Shown in pieces: positions 9,556-19,091 of a DNA stretch of 64,000 nucleotides. Source of the DNA: Capsulimonadales bacterium (GTDB lineage: Bacteria > Armatimonadota > Armatimonadia > Armatimonadales > Armatimonadaceae). The DNA lies in the NCBI GenBank assembly GCA_033762295.1, contig JANRLW010000043.1, positions 64,001-128,000 on the forward strand. Direction: 5' to 3'. The notes under the pieces were generated by a model. It was not told the DNA's origin, made no database searches, and saw only the letters and a list, made by a program, of their open reading frames with translations. Each line of letters begins with the position of its first letter. Positions within the stretch are counted from its first letter, which is position 1. A program made the position numbers and the translations under genes.

Positions 9556-10878
9556 TCAGCGTTCCAGGTTGGCGAGCGTCAGCCAGCCGGAAGCGCAGGT
9601 GTCCTGCTCCGCGTTCGCAAAGCGGAGCGGGACGCCGTTTTTCAGGGGGGAGCGGAGACGCAGGAGCAGACGGTAGTGCCCCGAAGGCAAACCGGTAAGC
9701 GTCAGCCGATCCTCCCAGAGACGCGGGGAGTCGCCGGGAAGCAGCCCAGTGATCCGGCCGTTGCCCGGAAAGGTCCGCAGGAACGCGCCCTGTGGCGTGG
9801 CAATCGCGTACTCCGACGACCAATCATAATAGAACGGGGCGACTCCCCGGTTCGTGACCTCGGTTCGTACCATCAGGGAGTCGCCCTCCCGTTCGATCGT
9901 GACCCCCGGAATATGGAACTCGTAGCCCATCCGGCGTACTTCCGTCTCGGCGCGTCGGCGACGTTCCGGCGACGGCGGCTTCTCAAACATTCCCGTGTCC
10001 ATCAGCCAGGTGACGCGCGTACGGGTGACGCAGGTCCGAAAATCCTGGATTCGCCGGTCGCCGGGAGGCGTATCGAAGACCTTCCCCCAGGCTTCCGGTC
10101 GGATTTCGCCGCCGATCGGGAATCGTTTCCATTTCGCCTGCGCCTCCGGTCCGGCGGTTTTCAGCAGGGAGAGAAAGAACCAGCGATCGTCCCGCTTCCC
10201 CGTTTCGAGCGTCGCCCAGGCGAATGAATCATCGTGGTACCCGAACCGGCGGCGGTGGTTGGGCGAATAAACCTCATCCTTCGGTCCGGCGGGGTAGCGC
10301 AACAGGACCGGCGTCGTCCGAAAAGCGGATTCATAGGCGTCCAGGACGGCTTCCTGCACCGCCTTCGGCGCGAACAGTTCACTGCGCGGAAAGGTATGCC
10401 ATTCGCCCCAGGTACCGATAAGTCCGGCCGTGACGAAGCCCAGGCGCGGGTCGCCGTCGTACCGTTTTCCGAGGGCGGCGATAAAAGCGGTCAGGGCCGC
10501 CGTCAGTCGCGGATCACGATAGTCGGGCGTCTCGACCTCGGTCGGGGGCAGAGGCTGCGTATTGGTGTTGACATACCGAAACACCTTCAATCCGCGGTCG
10601 ATCAGATACTTCGGAATCACGTTCCGTTTGCCCGGATACTCGAGGAATATACGGAAGACCGCCTGATGGCCCCGTCCGGAGATGTCGCTCAGCAGGTTCT
10701 CCAGCGGCGTCCAATCATAGGTGTCGGGGCCGACCAGAATCCCGCTCAGGGGAAGATAGTTGAACTCCAGGCTGTGAGGGAAGCGCGTCCGATGATCCCC
10801 CTGATAGGGGACGAGTCCTTTGAGCGGATTCAGGACCGAAGCGGGGGTATATCGTAACGTTCGGGAGAGGCGGCGCAT
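9556..10878 (-). CDS. DUF4832-type putative glycoside hydrolase
   Basis: NPLKG start, GTWGEWH, FGYHDDSF, PIGGE, RRMGYEF, NRGVAPFYY motifs; start chosen at the ATG just after a TACAAT box. Confidence 0.7.
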   Translation of the reverse strand: MRRLSRTLRYTPASVLNPLKGLVPYQGDHRTRFPHSLEFNYLPLSGILVGPDTYDWTPLENLLSDISGRGHQAVFRIFLEYPGKRNVIPKYLIDRGLKVFRYVNTNTQPLPPTEVETPDYRDPRLTAALTAFIAALGKRYDGDPRLGFVTAGLIGTWGEWHTFPRSELFAPKAVQEAVLDAYESAFRTTPVLLRYPAGPKDEVYSPNHRRRFGYHDDSFAWATLETGKRDDRWFFLSLLKTAGPEAQAKWKRFPIGGEIRPEAWGKVFDTPPGDRRIQDFRTCVTRTRVTWLMDTGMFEKPPSPERRRRAETEVRRMGYEFHIPGVTIEREGDSLMVRTEVTNRGVAPFYYDWSSEYAIATPQGAFLRTFPGNGRITGLLPGDSPRLWEDRLTLTGLPSGHYRLLLRLRSPLKNGVPLRFANAEQDTCASGWLTLANLER

Positions 10879-11038
10879 GCCGCATTGTATCGCTCGATGG
10901 GAAGGAATCGGCGTGGCGAGTCTCCCGTGCAGGGAATGGTTTGCTTGCCGGCGAAAACAAATGATGACGCCGCACCGATGACGGTGTTTTCGTTCTGTCC
11001 GTCCCTTCCGTTCGTGCTTCCCGAAAGGAGGCTGCCTC

Positions 11039-13567
11039 ATGTCTCGTCGTATCTTCCGCACCGTCTACAATGCGATCGGTCTTGCCCTGAGCGTTACGTC
11101 GCTGGCCGCGATTACCGGGGCCGTCAAACGCGTTCCGCCCGTCTACGCCAACGATGTCACCGGAGATTCCCGGCGGACCCTGCCGACCGGCTGGCGGCTA
11201 CGACCCGCCGGAACGTCGATCCCGCTGCCCGGCGATATGCCGTTGAAATTCGCCCTGACCGGTGATGGCCGATACCTGGTGGTCAATACGTCGGGGCACC
11301 ACGATCAGAGCCTGAATGTCATCGACCTGGCGACGCATCGGATCACGGACACCTTCCGGGTTCAGAAAAACTGGGCCGGGTTGAGTGTGGACGGGGAGAC
11401 GGTCTGCCTCTCCGGGGGAGGGCATGTCGATCAGTTCTCCGAGCGACTGGTTCAACGCGGGTATTCTCCGGACGTCGCCCGGGAACTAACCAAGCCGGTA
11501 CTCCGGTTTTCGCTCCGAGAAGGCCGTCTGACACCGATCGCCGGGATCGTGCCGGAGGGCATCCGGGAGTCGCGTCGATATATCTCCGGCATTACCCGGG
11601 GCGCGGACGGTTCGCTGTACGTGCTGGATATGAACAACGACACCGTCTTCCGTCTGACCGACGAGTCGGGGACGGTAGCAGCGACGGCGACGGTCGGGTA
11701 TCGTCCGTACGCCGCCGTCCTGTCTCCGGACGGAAAGACCCTGGCCGTCTCGAACTGGGGCGATAAATCGGTTTCCCTGCTGGACGCCCTGACCTTGAAG
11801 GAGGTGGGGAAGGTCGCGACGGAAGCGCACCCGGCGGAGATGGTTTACGGCAAAGACGGTCGTCTTTATGTCGCCAATGGCGGAGCCAATAGCGTCAGCG
11901 TCGTCTGGGACGGGGCGGTCCGCGAAACCATCGTCACCGCCCTTGAGGCGAAAGCGCCGATCGGCTCCACTCCGGTCGCGGTGGCGATCGCCCCGGACGG
12001 GAAGCGATTGTATGTGGCGAACGCCGGAAACAACAACGTTGCCGTGGTCGATATCTCCGATGTCGATGCGGCTGCGAGGAACAGCCGGTCACGCGTTCTC
12101 GGCTTCATCCCGACCGGGTGGTACCCGACCGCCGTCACGGTCGCCCCGGACGGAAAGCGTTTGTATATCGCCGTCGGCAAGGGAATGTATTCCGCCGGTA
12201 ACGGACCGCGACCGAACGATACCCGGAAACCGGGCGTCGCCTGCGACCACTGGAACTCCCCGGCCTGCCCCCCGGATTACATCGGCAACATTCTGAACGG
12301 CGCGGTCAACGTGGTGGACGTTCCCGACGAAAAACAACTCGCCGCCTACACGAAGACCGTTCGGGAGAATATGCCGGTCCCACCGACGGCCGTCACCGAT
12401 CCGAAACGGGTCGCCGAGGCGACCGCGGCGTTCAAAAAGATCAAGCACGTTCTCTTCATCATCAAGGAAAACCGCACTTACGACCAGGTCTTCAGCGACA
12501 TTCCCGGCGGCAACGGCGACCCGAAACTGCTGTTGTACGGCGAGAAGGTGACCCCGAACCACCATACGCTGGCGAAACGAACGGTGTTGCTGGATAACCT
12601 GTACTGTAGTGGCGAGGTTTCCGAGGATGGTCACGAATGGTGCAACTCGGCCTACGCGACCGATTACAAGCAGAAGGGATGGGTGAACAGTTACAGCGAA
12701 CGCGGTGCGCCGGAGGTAGATAACCGACTATCGTCGTCGCCCGCCGGTTACCTCTGGGATAACTGCAAGGCGCACGGGGTTACCTACCGCTCCTACGGCG
12801 AGTACTCCAGCTTCCGATCCTCTCCGAGTTCCCGACCGGTCTTCACCGGCGACCCCGGACTGCTCGACCATGCCAGCCTGGAATGGTGGCAACTGGATGC
12901 GCTGAAAGATATGCGCGACAGCGATTACGCCGGGGTTTTCGTGGCGGATTTGAAAAAGGCGGAAAGGACGGGAGTCTGGCCGCAGTTCATCGTCATGTCT
13001 CTCGGAGAGGACCATACGAACGGCCTGCGCGCCGGGGCGTTCAGTCCGCGCTCCTGCGTTGCCGCGAACGATCAGGGCGTGGGCCTGATTATCGATAGGC
13101 TGAGCCATTCCCGCTTTTGGAAGGAGACGGCGGTCTTCATCATCGAGGACGACGCACAGGACGGTCCCGACCATGTGGACGCGCATCGCACGATCGGCCT
13201 GGTGATCTCCCCGTTCTCCCGGCGGAACATCGTCGACAGCACGCTCTATACGACGAACAGCATGATCCGAACGATCGAGTTGATCCTGAACCTGCCGCCG
13301 ATGACGCAGTTCGACGAAAAGGCGATGCCGATGTATAACTGCTTCACCGCCGAGGCCGATCTGACGCCTTATTCTCTGCTTCCGCCGCAGGTGGACCTTG
13401 CCGAACGCAACCCGGAGAAGGGGGAGGGGGCACGGTTATCGGCGCTTCTGGACTTTTCCGGGTTCGATCGTGCGGACCCGGCGTTGCTGAACCGCATTCT
13501 GTGGGAGGACGCTCACCCGGGCGTCCCGATGCCGGCCCCGGTCCGCAGCGGAATCAATGTCCGTTAG
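11039..13567 (+). CDS. Secreted YncE/YVTN beta-propeller fused to a phosphoesterase (alkaline-phosphatase-like) domain
   Basis: Repeated SPDGK.LYVAN propeller blades, IPTGWYP, IIKENRTYDQ, EDDAQDGPDHVDAHR; RBS AAGGAGG. Confidence 0.9.
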   Translation: MSRRIFRTVYNAIGLALSVTSLAAITGAVKRVPPVYANDVTGDSRRTLPTGWRLRPAGTSIPLPGDMPLKFALTGDGRYLVVNTSGHHDQSLNVIDLATHRITDTFRVQKNWAGLSVDGETVCLSGGGHVDQFSERLVQRGYSPDVARELTKPVLRFSLREGRLTPIAGIVPEGIRESRRYISGITRGADGSLYVLDMNNDTVFRLTDESGTVAATATVGYRPYAAVLSPDGKTLAVSNWGDKSVSLLDALTLKEVGKVATEAHPAEMVYGKDGRLYVANGGANSVSVVWDGAVRETIVTALEAKAPIGSTPVAVAIAPDGKRLYVANAGNNNVAVVDISDVDAAARNSRSRVLGFIPTGWYPTAVTVAPDGKRLYIAVGKGMYSAGNGPRPNDTRKPGVACDHWNSPACPPDYIGNILNGAVNVVDVPDEKQLAAYTKTVRENMPVPPTAVTDPKRVAEATAAFKKIKHVLFIIKENRTYDQVFSDIPGGNGDPKLLLYGEKVTPNHHTLAKRTVLLDNLYCSGEVSEDGHEWCNSAYATDYKQKGWVNSYSERGAPEVDNRLSSSPAGYLWDNCKAHGVTYRSYGEYSSFRSSPSSRPVFTGDPGLLDHASLEWWQLDALKDMRDSDYAGVFVADLKKAERTGVWPQFIVMSLGEDHTNGLRAGAFSPRSCVAANDQGVGLIIDRLSHSRFWKETAVFIIEDDAQDGPDHVDAHRTIGLVISPFSRRNIVDSTLYTTNSMIRTIELILNLPPMTQFDEKAMPMYNCFTAEADLTPYSLLPPQVDLAERNPEKGEGARLSALLDFSGFDRADPALLNRILWEDAHPGVPMPAPVRSGINVR

Positions 13568-13621
13568 GGCCGTTGGGGACCTTTCCGGTGACCGGCGACG
13601 ACTATGACGGCTAAAATTTCC

Positions 13622-13663
13622 TAATACACTGCATTCTCTAAATTAAGAGAATGCAGTGTATTA
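13622..13663. repeat. 42-bp AT-rich near-perfect palindrome (18-bp perfect arms)
   Basis: TAATACACTGCATTCTCT-AAATTA-AGAGAATGCAGTGTATTA. Confidence 0.95.
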
Positions 13664-13878
13664 AGAACATGAAGCCGCCACTGGAAATAGAAATCCCTCC
13701 CCCGGAGGCGAGAGCCGAGATGGAGGAGTTTCTTTCGACACTTGCCGAACTGTTTCCGATAGGGGAAGCGTCGTAAACAGAGCCGCGCCGAAAGGAAACC
13801 GGACGCCACGACGCGGCCCCCGCCGACGCGGCCCAATCAGGAAACTCCCTCCCGTCCTCCCGGTTTCCCCGAGAATGC

Positions 13879-14133
13879 CTATCGCGTGAAAGAACGGCTA
13901 CCGACCAGCCCGCCATCTTTCATGCCCGCACCTTCCAGGGTCTCGGTCTCGGTCAGAAGATCGACACCGTCGGACTTCGTTTCCTCGTTATCGATATCGG
14001 CCATGCCGATCAGCGTATAGTCCCGCTCCACCCAACGATCGTCCTTGGGTCCGGTGATCGGGAAATCGTTGCTGTAGGGATCATCGCTCACCGGACGGTT
14101 TCGCGACACCTCGAAATTCTTTTGTTTCTCCAT
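13879..14133 (-). CDS. Small acidic hypothetical protein
   Basis: ORF with a purine-rich RBS (AGGAAAGGGG), co-oriented with neighbours. Confidence 0.55.
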   Translation of the reverse strand: MEKQKNFEVSRNRPVSDDPYSNDFPITGPKDDRWVERDYTLIGMADIDNEETKSDGVDLLTETETLEGAGMKDGGLVGSRSFTR

Positions 14134-14206
14134 TGACTGATGTAACCCCTTTCCTGACAACCTTCACTCATCTATACGGAAGGAAAACCGAAAGGGTTCG
14201 CCACCG

Positions 14207-14590
14207 TCAGGAGTCGCCCGGAAAAGCGTCGGGGATCTCCCCGGGCGTCTCCTCGGTAATCAGCGATGCCACGACGGAAATTACGCCGAGGGTCGCCAGC
14301 GCGCCGCGCGCCTCCCCGCTTTCCTCCGTAGCGCCCTGAGCATAGCCGAGAAGAGCCGTTCCCAGGGCGAAATCGACGGCCAGATGGGCGGACATCGGAA
14401 ACACCTTGAACAGCCCGAGTTCGTACCGGGTCATCAGACCGGAGATCAGCACCTTGCCGGCCGCCCCCAGAGCGAGCGTTCTGGTCCGCTGATTGGCACG
14501 AACGACAAACGGTATCGCCGCCAGCAGCACCACGCTGGAATAATCAAGCACACCGTGGATACGGGTGGGCAGAACTCGGAACGTATTCAC
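14207..14590 (-). CDS. Small membrane protein (SPW-repeat-like)
   Basis: PTRIHGVLDY, TRYELG and MSAHLAVD motifs; hydrophobic helices; RBS AAGGAG. Confidence 0.75.
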   Translation of the reverse strand: MNTFRVLPTRIHGVLDYSSVVLLAAIPFVVRANQRTRTLALGAAGKVLISGLMTRYELGLFKVFPMSAHLAVDFALGTALLGYAQGATEESGEARGALATLGVISVVASLITEETPGEIPDAFPGDS

Positions 14591-14604
14591 CGGGATGCTC
14601 CTTT

Positions 14605-15498
14605 CTACGTCAGCGCGAGTAGCGTGGCAAGGTTGCCGTTGGGGCCGTTCGGGAAGAAGCCGCCCCGGGTTTCGTTTCCGGTCTGCGCCTGCAGAACAAT
14701 GTTCAATACCTCGCGCGGCGTCCGGACGGGCGGAAAACCGGTCGAACCGATCTCGGTCGGGAAGTACTGCTGCGTGGCCGGGGGCGGAGGGATATCCTTT
14801 CCATCGAGGGCGACGGCGGTCAGATTGCGCTGAGCGATCAACAGACGGACGACCCCACCATGGTAGGCTTCGGTCACCGCAGCCCGCCCCGCGTTTTGAA
14901 TGACGTCGGGGTTGAACAAGAAGCGCGAGGTGCCGGTGTAGGCGGAAACCGCGACATCCTCGAACGAACGGGTCGCGAGGAGGAATCCGTCGGGTGTGGT
15001 CGGGTCGATCCCCAGGTTTCGCGGTGGTGTGGCAAGGTCGATCCTCGGTTTCGCGATCGGGGTGCCGCCCAACTGGGTGATCGTCTGACGGAGAACGTTG
15101 ACGTGGGCACGTTCATCGGCGGCAATCTGGTTCGCGATCGCTTCCAGTCGGGCGTCGCCGAAACTGATCCGGCCGCCTCCGACCGTCGGTCCCGCCGTTC
15201 CCTGGCCGGTGATCCCGACACCGAACGCTTCGATACCCTGTCCGGTCGTCGCGTAGGTATAGTACTCGCTATCGAGGTACTCCAGGTTCAGAGCGAAATT
15301 GAGGATATCGATATCACGAGCGACATTACCGTCCGACCCGGTCTGGGCAATGGCGGGGCGGAGGGTCCCGCTGCGGCTTCCGCATCCGGCGACCCACGCC
15401 CCCGCCAGCACAATCCCGGTACCGAGCGACCGGGAAAACAGGTCACGGCGGGAGCAATCCGCCATGGCTTCCCGCCCGGTAAGTTCCTTATCCTGCAT
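14605..15498 (-). CDS. Ferritin-like domain protein (Ferritin_2, desiccation-associated type) with Tat signal
   Basis: SRRDLF twin-arginine motif, DIDILNFALNLEYL, DERAHV, FEDVAVSAY, EAYH, GGFFPNG. Confidence 0.88.
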   Translation of the reverse strand: MQDKELTGREAMADCSRRDLFSRSLGTGIVLAGAWVAGCGSRSGTLRPAIAQTGSDGNVARDIDILNFALNLEYLDSEYYTYATTGQGIEAFGVGITGQGTAGPTVGGGRISFGDARLEAIANQIAADERAHVNVLRQTITQLGGTPIAKPRIDLATPPRNLGIDPTTPDGFLLATRSFEDVAVSAYTGTSRFLFNPDVIQNAGRAAVTEAYHGGVVRLLIAQRNLTAVALDGKDIPPPPATQQYFPTEIGSTGFPPVRTPREVLNIVLQAQTGNETRGGFFPNGPNGNLATLLALT

Positions 15499-15763
15499 CG
15501 GAATTTTCCTTTCGAGGCGGCCGGATGCCGCTAGAGGTGCCGCTGTTCATTCCGCCGGTTTCCTCCTCGGGTTCGGCGGGAGTTCGCGTCGTCGTGGTTT
15601 CGATCAGACCCTCGCCGGCGATTTCGGACCCGGGCGTCCCATTGGTTCGGTCGCCGTTCCCGGGACCGTTGGCGTCGAACCCGGTCAGATCATTGTCCTC
15701 GGCTTTGTTGGGATTTTTCCGACCGTCCACCGGGGAATCGGCGTCTTCGGCAGTCATAGGCAT
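15488..15763 (-). CDS. Small hydrophilic, probably disordered hypothetical protein
   Basis: D/E/G/T/N-rich ORF overlapping the start of the ferritin-like gene. Confidence 0.45.
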   Translation of the reverse strand: MPMTAEDADSPVDGRKNPNKAEDNDLTGFDANGPGNGDRTNGTPGSEIAGEGLIETTTTRTPAEPEEETGGMNSGTSSGIRPPRKENSDAG

Positions 15764-15966
15764 GGTGGATATGAGATCCTCGTGGAGAGATTCGGAAACA
15801 GGACGCCGCCGTTCTCGCGCAGGTTCGTCGACGGTCGTGTTTCGGGGAAACTCCCGACCGGATTTCCCGCGTTCCCGACCTGTCCGGGCCGACTTGACGC
15901 CGTACCGGGGACGGCGATACACTGAACGACGAAACCTTCCGTTATTGCCGGAGACGTTCCGTACCC

Positions 15967-18540
15967 ATGCCTCCCCGAATCGCCACCCATTCAATCTGGC
16001 CCACCTGCCTTCTGGCCTCATCGCTTCTGGCTTCCGCTGTCGGAACGCCGGTGCGGGCGCAAAAGAACGCGCCGGGCCTTCCGCCGAACGCGCCCGCTCA
16101 GAATCTGGGCCGGTTTCAGGTGGCTCCGCCCCCCGGGCTCGCGTTGTTCAACCGGGCACTCGAGGCGACGAAAGCCGGAAAATATGCCGAAGCCGAGCGT
16201 CTATACCGCAAGGTCGTCAAAGACGCCCCGGAGGCCGCGGCGGCGTGGGCAAACCTCGGACTGCTCGTCGGACGGCAGGAGCGCATCAAGGAAGCGATCG
16301 AGTTTCTGACCCGTGCGACCCGCGTATCGCCGGAGACCGGCGCGTTCTGGGCACAGCTGTCCGCCTTTCAGTTGCGGGGAAAGCAGTGGAAGGCCGCCGA
16401 ACTGTCCGCCCGAAAAGCGCTGGCCCGCGATGCCGCCGACCTGCTCGCGGTGGCCAACCTGAGCGATGCGCTCTTTCAGCAGCGACGCTACGCCGAAGCC
16501 GCGGTCATCCTGAAGAAATTAAGCCGGATGGAAGGCGACCCGCCGACCGACCATACGGAAATCACCCTGATTCTGGCGTTGTCCGGCGCGGGAAAAGCGC
16601 GCGAAGCATTGCCGCTGGCGCAGGCTCGGTCCGATCGACGACCGAAGGATGTCCAGTCGTTTTTGCTTCTGGGGGATACGGCCCGACGCGCCGGAGATAT
16701 CGGGACGGCGGAAAAGGCGTACCGACAGGCGTCAAACCTCGACCCGAAACACCCGGGCGCGTTAGCCGGAATCTCCGTCACCGCCGCGATCCGGGGCGAC
16801 CGGACAGCGGCGCTCAAACTGATCGACCAGCGGCTGGCGAAGGAGCCGTTTCGCGCCGAACTGTATTTTCAGAAGGGCTATATCATCTACTCGGACAATA
16901 CCCGTCCGCCGGAGGAACGCCTGGGTATTGCCGAAGGGGCGTTCCGCCGCGCCGCCGCTCTCGACCCGAAGAATCCGCAGTACCTGACGTATTCCGGGCT
17001 GGTACTGATGCTGCGCGGACCCTATCCGGGACTACGGGAGGATGAGGAGCCACCGTCGGGTGTCCCGCCCTATGCCATGGCGGAAAACTACCTGCGCGGC
17101 GCATTGACCCTGAATCCGAAGCTGACCATGGCCCGACTGGCCCTCGGGAGCATCTCCGAGCAACGGAGGAAACCCGCCGAGGCGATCGCTCAATATGAGG
17201 CGGTGCTGCAATACGCGCCGAAGGACGCCGACGCGCACCGGGGGATCGCTGGGGTTCATTACGCGCAGGGGCGAAAGGCCAAAGCCTATGAGCGGATGGA
17301 AACCATCGCCCGATTGAACCCCACCGACACGCAGGCGCTGAGCGAACTGGCCTCCTGGTATGTCGCCGACAAACGCTCCGACGACGCCGAGAAGGTCTAT
17401 CGCCGCGTCCTTTTGCGAAATCCCAAGGATGCGCCGGCCCGACTCGCCCTTGGACGGATGCAGGAAGAGCGAAAGAACCTGCCCGGAGCGGCGACGGAGT
17501 ACCGCGCGGCCGTCGCCGGCGCCCCGACGGACCGGAACGCGACGCTGCTTCTGGCGAACGTTCTGCAACTTCAGAAGAAGACGGCGGATGCGATTCAGGT
17601 TCTCCGCGAATTTCTCCATCGGTCGCCCGAAAATAATCCGATCCGCTGGCAACTCGCGCTGCTTTTGAAGGAGAGCGGGAAAACGGACGAAGCGTTGGCC
17701 GAAATGCAGCAGCTGACGCTGAAAAACGACGATCCCGATCGGCTGACGTACCTTCTCAGCGTTCCCCGACTGCACCTGGAAGCCAAACGGTTCGATGAGG
17801 CCATTTCGACACTGCTCCGTCTCCAAACCGAGCACCCGAAAGAGGATGCCATCCGCTACCTGCTGGCCGATGCCTACGAGCGTTCGGATCGTAAGGAGAA
17901 GGCGGAAGCGGTCCTGCGGGAAATGGTCGATCGAAGCGCCGATCCTACCCGACGGAACGCGCCGCCCGATCCCCGCCCACGATTGGCGCTGGCCGAACTC
18001 TACGAACGGTCCAACGCCTGGGACGAGGCGGCGACCCTGTACGAGGACGTTCTCCGCTACGAGACGATGAACGTCACCGCGCTTTTCGCCCTCAGTCGTG
18101 TGCGCGAGAAGGGCAATAAACCGGACGCCGCGGTCGATTTTCTGACCGTCCTGGCGACGGCGAACGACAGGGAACCGAGCCTGCCGGGGGTGGGCGCGAT
18201 CCATCAGTTGTACCTGAACCAGGGGAAGCTGGACCGCTACCTCGAGTTTACGAAGGCGCTACTTGCGAAATACCCGGAGAATCGCAATGCCCGGTACATT
18301 CGCGCTCGTAGCCTCACCGAGGGAACTCCGGACGAAAATGCGCGTCGGGAGGCCGCTTCCCTCTATCAGGCGATTGTGGAGAGCAACGCCGACGATATCG
18401 AGGCGCGGCGCAACCTGGCGAAGGAGTGGGAAGCCCTCGGACGCAAGGACGACGCGGTGGGCGCGTACCGGGAAATCCTGAAAAAACGGGCGACGGACAC
18501 GGACGCGCTTGCCTCGTTGCGTCGGCTCGGGGCGAGTTGA
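15967..18540 (+). CDS. Exported tetratricopeptide repeat protein
   Basis: Signal peptide followed by many TPR helices (e.g. AEKAYRQASNLDPKH, AEKVYRRVLLRNPKD). Confidence 0.88.
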   Translation: MPPRIATHSIWPTCLLASSLLASAVGTPVRAQKNAPGLPPNAPAQNLGRFQVAPPPGLALFNRALEATKAGKYAEAERLYRKVVKDAPEAAAAWANLGLLVGRQERIKEAIEFLTRATRVSPETGAFWAQLSAFQLRGKQWKAAELSARKALARDAADLLAVANLSDALFQQRRYAEAAVILKKLSRMEGDPPTDHTEITLILALSGAGKAREALPLAQARSDRRPKDVQSFLLLGDTARRAGDIGTAEKAYRQASNLDPKHPGALAGISVTAAIRGDRTAALKLIDQRLAKEPFRAELYFQKGYIIYSDNTRPPEERLGIAEGAFRRAAALDPKNPQYLTYSGLVLMLRGPYPGLREDEEPPSGVPPYAMAENYLRGALTLNPKLTMARLALGSISEQRRKPAEAIAQYEAVLQYAPKDADAHRGIAGVHYAQGRKAKAYERMETIARLNPTDTQALSELASWYVADKRSDDAEKVYRRVLLRNPKDAPARLALGRMQEERKNLPGAATEYRAAVAGAPTDRNATLLLANVLQLQKKTADAIQVLREFLHRSPENNPIRWQLALLLKESGKTDEALAEMQQLTLKNDDPDRLTYLLSVPRLHLEAKRFDEAISTLLRLQTEHPKEDAIRYLLADAYERSDRKEKAEAVLREMVDRSADPTRRNAPPDPRPRLALAELYERSNAWDEAATLYEDVLRYETMNVTALFALSRVREKGNKPDAAVDFLTVLATANDREPSLPGVGAIHQLYLNQGKLDRYLEFTKALLAKYPENRNARYIRARSLTEGTPDENARREAASLYQAIVESNADDIEARRNLAKEWEALGRKDDAVGAYREILKKRATDTDALASLRRLGAS

Positions 18541-18593
18541 CCGGTCGTGCCGATCATGGCCCCGATCCTCACCCGGAATCCGGGATAGAATGG

Positions 18594-19091
18594 ATGACTA
18601 TGTATTGCGTTCGCCATCCCAAAGTTCAAACCTCTCTGGCCTGCGGCCGCTGCGGCGCCCCGATCTGTACCGAGTGCGCGGTCTCGGGCGCGGTCGGCAT
18701 GCTCTGCCAAAAATGCGCCTACGGGGACGGGAACCCGCTGTATAAGGTGCCGCCAATGCGTATGGCGCTCACCGTCGGCGCGGGTCTGCTGGCGGGGGTC
18801 GGGGTGGGATTTCTCCTTCAGGCGATGAGCGGAATGTTCTTTTTACTTTTTCTGCTCTGTCCGATCATCGGCGGGTTTCTGGGACAGACCATCCTCTGGG
18901 CTTCCGGGTTCAAGCGAGGACGGACGCTCGAGATTTTGGCCGGGACCAGCGTGGTCGGCGGTTCGCTCATCGCTTTGCTGCTGAACGGCGCGGTGTTTTT
19001 CTATCTGCAGAGTCCGCTGGCCCTGGCCCTGTTCGCACTGGGGGTCGCGCTGACAGCCGGTGCGGCGATCGGGAAGATCCGTTATTTCTGA
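18594..19091 (+). CDS. B-box-like zinc finger membrane protein
   Basis: [21 protein letters not shown] followed by four hydrophobic segments; start at 18594 or 18600. Confidence 0.8.
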   Translation: MTMYCVRHPKVQTSLACGRCGAPICTECAVSGAVGMLCQKCAYGDGNPLYKVPPMRMALTVGAGLLAGVGVGFLLQAMSGMFFLLFLLCPIIGGFLGQTILWASGFKRGRTLEILAGTSVVGGSLIALLLNGAVFFYLQSPLALALFALGVALTAGAAIGKIRYF

